DNA from: Promethearchaeota archaeon
GTDB taxonomy: Archaea; Asgardarchaeota; Lokiarchaeia; Sigyniarchaeales; SOKP01
Assembly: GCA_019058295.1 (NCBI GenBank)
Contig: JAHPZI010000006.1
Span: forward strand, 64,001-128,000
DNA: 64,000 bases
Reading direction: 5' to 3'
Shown in pieces: positions 59,241 through 64,000 of this stretch. The translations under genes were made by a program, and so were the position numbers. Every line of letters begins with the position of its first letter. Position 1 is the stretch's first letter. The notes under the pieces were generated by a model that was given only the letters and a program-made list of their open reading frames with translations, did no database searches and was not told where the DNA came from.

Positions 59241-60414
59241 TATTATTTTTTAAATTATTATTAGGATGGTTTTCTTTTCTGGAAGCTCGAAATTGTTTTA
59301 ATTGTACATAAAATAGGGGGTGTTTTATCTTTTTTTGAGCATCCTGTTTTTTTGAATAATACCCCTCTAAACAAATTTTATCCTTATACTTAGCTGCCAT
59401 GCATAAATTTAACGATTTTAGAGTAGTACATTTATGAGGTGTGTAGCCTTTTTTTTTAGCAAAATTTACTTGATAGGCAGTCTTATCTCTAGCAAAATCT
59501 GGCATAGTTGAAAATATGTCAATAATTTTATCTACTGGGTAGTTGAGAGCGTGTAAAAAAAACACTAAAAATAACCTCTCTATATGAATCAGATTTTGAC
59601 CTTCTTGAGATTTCGAGAGTATTTCATTTATACATGGAGGAAAAGTATTTGAAATATCAGCCCCTTCTTTAAAACTAATATCAAAAGAATATTCAAAAAC
59701 TTCCTTTTTTAGTTCCCATTGGCTTAAAATATTTTCATATAATTCTTTAAATTCTTGTAAATTTAATAATTCCTTTTTAAGAGATTCTAAAGAAGCTTTA
59801 TCTTCTTTTACTTCAAATTTATTACGAATGTACTCTTGTATAAGGCGAATTAAACTTCGTTTTTGAATAAACACATATCCATTGGAGAGAGCATTATTCA
59901 CAAGTTTACGATACTCATCATGCAAATTAGATATTAACTTTAAATAATCTGTATAATAAATTCGAAAACTAGTTTTAAGTAGTTCTCTCTGGTCTTTTAA
60001 AATATTTACCCCATATTCCATTGGATCACTATAAAGAATATCTAATTTTAAATCTTCACAAATAGAATAAATGTTGTAGTCATTTTCTTTAATTAGATCG
60101 TTATAATTTATTTTCGAATATAAGTTAGCGATTTTATTTGTAATTATTTTGTTATCCAGAACAACCATTAAGATTTTTAACAATAAATACAGATATACAT
60201 TTACCTTATCAAGTTTATAATATGAGACATTTTCTAAATTATCAAAAGCGGCTTTAAAAATTTCAAACAATCTTTCTTGTATTTCTTCACTAAAAGTTTC
60301 TGAAAAAATAGTTGAAATAAATTCTGAAGGTGGTTTAGAAGCGATGTCAGAAAAAAATTCTTTTAACGATGGAAGCCAAGGATAACGGTAAATCAATTCA
60401 ATTGGAACGGTCAA
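59227..60414 (-). CDS. priL: DNA primase large subunit
   Basis: YPWL, FPPCI...HIERL, Fe-S cysteines (KCTTL..LNLC...C), HPL. Confidence 0.93.
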   Translation of the reverse strand: MTVPIELIYRYPWLPSLKEFFSDIASKPPSEFISTIFSETFSEEIQERLFEIFKAAFDNLENVSYYKLDKVNVYLYLLLKILMVVLDNKIITNKIANLYSKINYNDLIKENDYNIYSICEDLKLDILYSDPMEYGVNILKDQRELLKTSFRIYYTDYLKLISNLHDEYRKLVNNALSNGYVFIQKRSLIRLIQEYIRNKFEVKEDKASLESLKKELLNLQEFKELYENILSQWELKKEVFEYSFDISFKEGADISNTFPPCINEILSKSQEGQNLIHIERLFLVFFLHALNYPVDKIIDIFSTMPDFARDKTAYQVNFAKKKGYTPHKCTTLKSLNLCMAAKYKDKICLEGYYSKKQDAQKKIKHPLFYVQLKQFRASRKENHPNNNLKNNNERK

Positions 60415-60546
60415 GGCGTTAAATTCTCCTTTTTCAAAATTATTAATTCTCTATATAAAATGATCATTTGAAGTTTTAATAAACAAGGAGCACATTGATT
60501 TATTAATAATTATATTTGAAAAGAGATAAGAAGTTAAAATAATTGA

Positions 60547-61350
60547 TTAAAATTCATCCATGTCCTCATCTTCATCGAAATCAGCCTCTTCCACCCTTGG
60601 GGCAAGAAAATAGAATAATTCACCACCTTCAAGGAGATTAAACATCATTTTTAAGGGATGGTCCGTTTTGAGTGAGATCTCTAACTTTTCTGTAATTGAA
60701 GAAATTTTTAAGATTGCTTTTAAAAAAGTTAGAGAGTATGCGCCACTACTAGTGCCAGAAATATCTGTTTCAATCAATTCATCTAGTTCAAGCTCATAAT
60801 TCATCTCTCCAATTTGTCCGGTAGAACTAAAAACTAAACCCTGGTCTTCTATGGACTTCATATTTAAAATTTCGGAATAAATCTCAGCATCTTTGATCGC
60901 CTCAACTAAGAAATCCGGATCTATTACCCATTTTGAAGAATATTCAATATTTAGTAAATTTTCCATGGGAATTTCTTCAATATCGATGTCCAGTAAAGCT
61001 AAACTAAAGGTTCTAGTGCGAGAAGTTCCCTCTCTCTGCATTTTAATTTTAATTTTTTGATCCTTCTCATTAAAATCAATTTCCACAGCATCATTAGCAG
61101 CACATCGTTTCAAAATCTTATCTAGATCATCTAGATTTAATCCTACTTTAGATTCTTTACTGCATTTATAATCATCAAAATTATCTTTCTTGATAGAAAG
61201 TTTTAACAAACAAATTCGACTTGGGTCCATTGCTGAGATTGTGAACTCTTTTGGAGTTACTCTAAACTCAGTTTCATCAATAATACTAGCAAGAGTTTCT
61301 ACTATGCCTTTTAAAATCCGACTATTTTCTAGTTTTAACGTAAAACTCAT
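60547..61350 (-). CDS. pcn: PCNA sliding clamp
   Basis: AMDPSRICL, GLNL, YSLTFL, YFLAPRVEE. Confidence 0.97.
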   Translation of the reverse strand: MSFTLKLENSRILKGIVETLASIIDETEFRVTPKEFTISAMDPSRICLLKLSIKKDNFDDYKCSKESKVGLNLDDLDKILKRCAANDAVEIDFNEKDQKIKIKMQREGTSRTRTFSLALLDIDIEEIPMENLLNIEYSSKWVIDPDFLVEAIKDAEIYSEILNMKSIEDQGLVFSSTGQIGEMNYELELDELIETDISGTSSGAYSLTFLKAILKISSITEKLEISLKTDHPLKMMFNLLEGGELFYFLAPRVEEADFDEDEDMDEF

Positions 61351-61610
61351 ATCTCATTAACTCTTTTATTTATAACTTATTGCGTTAGCTTTCACAATAT
61401 ATTAATATTGGTTTATTGCCTTTCTTTATTAAATTTAATATTAGTGTTTTAATAATAACTAATTTTACTTCTCGATTAAATTATTTATAGTTATTTAAAA
61501 ATTCTATAATATGAATATATAAAAATAAAAAAATTACTTAATGAATTAATTATTTATATTTGCCTAAAACTTTCAAAATTATAAGTTATGTTTTAAGGAT
61601 GGTGGTTTAA

Positions 61611-61940
61611 GTGGAAAAGCTATATGCGAAACAGAGGATAATAAGGGATGTGAAAAATGAAGATGAGCGAATTCAAATTACTGGTTATGTAAAAAATTTA
61701 GTTGAAAATGACCATATTATATTAGAAGACAAATCTGGCAATATTAAAGTAAGTATTAAAAACATTGATTTTAATTTTAAAGAAAAAAATTTAATCAACA
61801 TTATGGGGAGTTTAATGATAAAAACTGATGGTGAAAAAATCATAGATGCTGATATTGTACAGGATATGAACAATTTAAATTTCGAATATTACTGCAAATT
61901 ATATGAGTTAAAAAAAGAATTGGATGAAAAGGAAAAATAA
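61611..61940 (+). CDS. Small OB-fold protein, RPA14/RPA3-like
   Basis: IQITGYV...ILEDKSGNIKV...INIMG...DADIVQD..NLNFEYY: single OB fold plus C-terminal helix. Confidence 0.7.
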   Translation: MEKLYAKQRIIRDVKNEDERIQITGYVKNLVENDHIILEDKSGNIKVSIKNIDFNFKEKNLINIMGSLMIKTDGEKIIDADIVQDMNNLNFEYYCKLYELKKELDEKEK

Positions 61941-61996
61941 TTGATTACTACTCAGATTTACATTAAAAAAATTAGATATAAGTTAAAAATATTGCC

Positions 61997-62203
61997 TTAA
62001 GAAAGAACTTCTAAAATTTTTGTAAGAATACGAGCCTTCCCGCCTGTTGATTGAAGTAGTATTTTCCCGCATACCAAACATTCGACATCAGTGGCAGAAC
62101 ACCCAAAAATTATTTGTTGATTTCCACAATTTAAGCATTTTACGCGCAAGAAACGACTTTTAGGTTGGGGGATCAATTCTTTTGATTTTTTATTTCTACC
62201 CAT
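61997..62203 (-). CDS. rps27e: 30S ribosomal protein S27e
   Basis: [15 protein letters not shown]...C..CG..L..TGGKA. Confidence 0.97.
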   Translation of the reverse strand: MGRNKKSKELIPQPKSRFLRVKCLNCGNQQIIFGCSATDVECLVCGKILLQSTGGKARILTKILEVLS

Positions 62204-62224
62204 TGTTAGTATCCTAATTTTTAA

Positions 62225-62506
62225 TTAAACTTCTTGCAATTCAAATTTTTTTACGCGATAGGCCTTTGAATAGTACTTTTTACCACATTCAGAACATTCA
62301 AGTAAAGGAGTTGTTTTTTTATTTATTTTTGCGTTTTTATGAAAAATTTCTTTTGGAAAAGAACCATAACCTTTTTTCTTTTTTTCAAATCTTCTTTTTC
62401 CTTGAGCTTGGGTGTTTTCTTTTCCTTTTTTATAAATTGAGACGTTATGCTTGGTATGCGTTCTGCATTGCGGACAATATCTGTTTAATGTTCTAGGATA
62501 TTTCAA
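62225..62506 (-). CDS. rpl44e: 50S ribosomal protein L44e
   Basis: YCPQCRTHT.H, QGKRRF..KKKGYG, K..KK...LECSECGK. Confidence 0.96.
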   Translation of the reverse strand: MKYPRTLNRYCPQCRTHTKHNVSIYKKGKENTQAQGKRRFEKKKKGYGSFPKEIFHKNAKINKKTTPLLECSECGKKYYSKAYRVKKFELQEV

Positions 62507-62673
62507 TTTTCAAAAACCTAAATTAAAATAATGATATAATTAATTATTAATAAATTTTAAATTTTATTAGTTCCGCTAAATTTTAGCTCATTTAAAACTC
62601 TTTACTTATTGAACGGATATAACCTAAATAGCAAATAATTTAAGCAACTTTTACATAAAAATAATAATAACCT

Positions 62674-63606
62674 TTGGAAAAGAATAAAATGTTTAAAGAG
62701 AAATTTGGCGAAGGTATAATAAGTGCTAAGCAATTTAATAGAGAAGATATTGAATATATCTTGAAAAAGGGTAAAGAAATGATTTCTTCCACAAATTCTA
62801 ATCTTCTCAAAGGTAAAATACTTGCAACATTATTTTTTGAACCTTCTACCCGAACTCGACTCAGCTTTGAATCCGCGATGTATAGATTGGGAGGAAATGT
62901 TATTGGTTTTCAATCAGGAGAAGTATCTTCAATTAAAAAAGGAGAAAGCCTTGCTGATACGATAAGAACTGTGGAAAATTATTGTGATTGTATAGTTATA
63001 AGACACTCTATGGAGGGGGCTGCTAAACTGGCTTCTCGATTTTCAAAAGTTCCAATCATTAACGCAGGGTCAGGTAGCGGTGAACATCCTACTCAAGCAT
63101 TATTGGATTTATTGACAATCAAAGAAGAATGTGGTAAATTAGATGGATTAAACATAGGAATCATGGGAGACCTAAAGTATGGTCGAACTGTACATAGTTT
63201 AGCTGTATTATTTTCAAATTTTGATGCAAACCTTTATTTTATAAGTCCAAAAGAATTAACAATTAGGACTCAAGAAAAAGAGTTTTTAATTCAGCGGCAG
63301 CTCAAATTTAAAGAAGTACTTCAATATAGGAGTCTATTAAATCTACTTGATGTTCTTTATATGACAAGAATTCAAAGAGAAAGATTTGTTGATGAGGAAG
63401 AATATGAAAAAGTGAAAAATGTCTATATTTTTAAAGAAGAAGATCTCATAAACACGAAGGACACATTTATCCTTATGCACCCTCTTCCAAGAATAACAGA
63501 AATCTCTCCAGATGTAGATAGTTCGACAAAGGCAATATATTTCAAACAAACATCTTATGGATTAATGATGAGAAAGGCAATTCTAGCGGAATTATTAGCC
63601 GATTGA
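62674..63606 (+). CDS. pyrB: Aspartate carbamoyltransferase catalytic subunit (alternative ATG start at 62689)
   Basis: FFEPSTRTRLSF, KGESLADT, HPTQALLD, GDLKYGRTVHS, MHPLPR. Confidence 0.97.
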   Translation: MEKNKMFKEKFGEGIISAKQFNREDIEYILKKGKEMISSTNSNLLKGKILATLFFEPSTRTRLSFESAMYRLGGNVIGFQSGEVSSIKKGESLADTIRTVENYCDCIVIRHSMEGAAKLASRFSKVPIINAGSGSGEHPTQALLDLLTIKEECGKLDGLNIGIMGDLKYGRTVHSLAVLFSNFDANLYFISPKELTIRTQEKEFLIQRQLKFKEVLQYRSLLNLLDVLYMTRIQRERFVDEEEYEKVKNVYIFKEEDLINTKDTFILMHPLPRITEISPDVDSSTKAIYFKQTSYGLMMRKAILAELLAD

Positions 63607-63607
63607 A

Positions 63608-64000
63608 TCAATCGGTTATTGAAAATGCTTTTAATTTAGATTCCATTAAAATTTTTAAACTTTCTTTCTTTGAAATATTATTAGAACTAAATGTGTTATT
63701 GAATTTCGTTCCACCTTCAATTACTGTCTCAAATTTTTTGAAAATGGAAATCTTTTCTTGTAGAGATAATTTGGAGTTTTTTCTTATTATTCTTGGGGAA
63801 TAATAATAGTTCTTTTTATTAAATTTCTTAATCTTATTATTTATAGATAGCGCAATATATCTATCACGATGAGGCTGACTCAAAACAAAAGATTCATTTT
63901 CGTTTTCATTTTTTTCATTGATTAGATCTTTTAAAAGGGATAAAATTTTAAGGGCAAAAGATTGACTTGCGACTACTCTATCGAGCTCTAAACCACAATG
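63608..64000 (-). CDS. C-terminal part of a gene starting beyond the window; resembles a degenerate class III ribonucleotide reductase (NrdD) barrel
   Basis: Frame is open to base 64000: HCGLELDR..SQSFALKIL...FVLSQP...YYYS...LQEKI..F...IEGG. Confidence 0.45.
   Translation of the reverse strand, partial: HCGLELDRVVASQSFALKILSLLKDLINEKNENENESFVLSQPHRDRYIALSINNKIKKFNKKNYYYSPRIIRKNSKLSLQEKISIFKKFETVIEGGTKFNNTFSSNNISKKESLKILMESKLKAFSITD

Noticed and set aside
6133-63803. Numerous other 60-120 aa ORFs nested in or antisense to long genes (e.g. 6133, 7162, 7437, 10204, 16403, 31753, 47919, 54937, 63603)
   Set aside because: They overlap well-supported conserved genes and lack recognisable motifs.
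1-64000. tRNA, rRNA, CRISPR array, transposase or integrase
   Set aside because: No GC-rich cloverleaf or rRNA-like segment, repeat-spacer array or recombinase motif was found by eye; a tRNAscan/Infernal run would be needed to exclude small RNAs.

Overview
Very AT-rich archaeal chromosomal segment, almost certainly Asgard (Lokiarchaeia-like). It combines archaeal information-processing genes (TFB, EF-2, aIF5B, CCA enzyme, EF-1alpha, aIF2alpha, Nop10, GINS, PriS/PriL, PCNA, RFC-S, RpoL, Csl4, S27e, L44e, AglB) with eukaryote-signature-type genes (two Rab-like and two Arf/Rag-like small GTPases, a Roadblock protein, a pseudo-GTPase/alpha-solenoid protein, LRR proteins). The most striking structure is a roughly 5.8-kb accessory island between uvrB and uvrA. 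It is bracketed by a diverged duplicate of the uvrA 5' end: a 40-codon fragment absent from the ORF track sits after uvrB, and the intact uvrA starts on the far side. The island carries a tightly spaced three-gene operon (TIGR04255-like, helical protein, PemK/MazF-like), a HEPN/DUF4145 protein, a wHTH-type protein, a small membrane peptide and an LRR protein, which together suggest a defence/toxin-antitoxin cassette. Other oddities are a wHTH-like insertion in TYW1, an EF-2 lacking the diphthamide HRG motif, an AglB with about five extra Ig-like domains, two genes that seem to need ATT/ATA starts, and a probable NrdD-like protein lacking its glycyl-radical tail. No rRNA, tRNA, CRISPR array, integrase or transposase was recognised. 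All family calls come from motif recognition by eye, not database searches.
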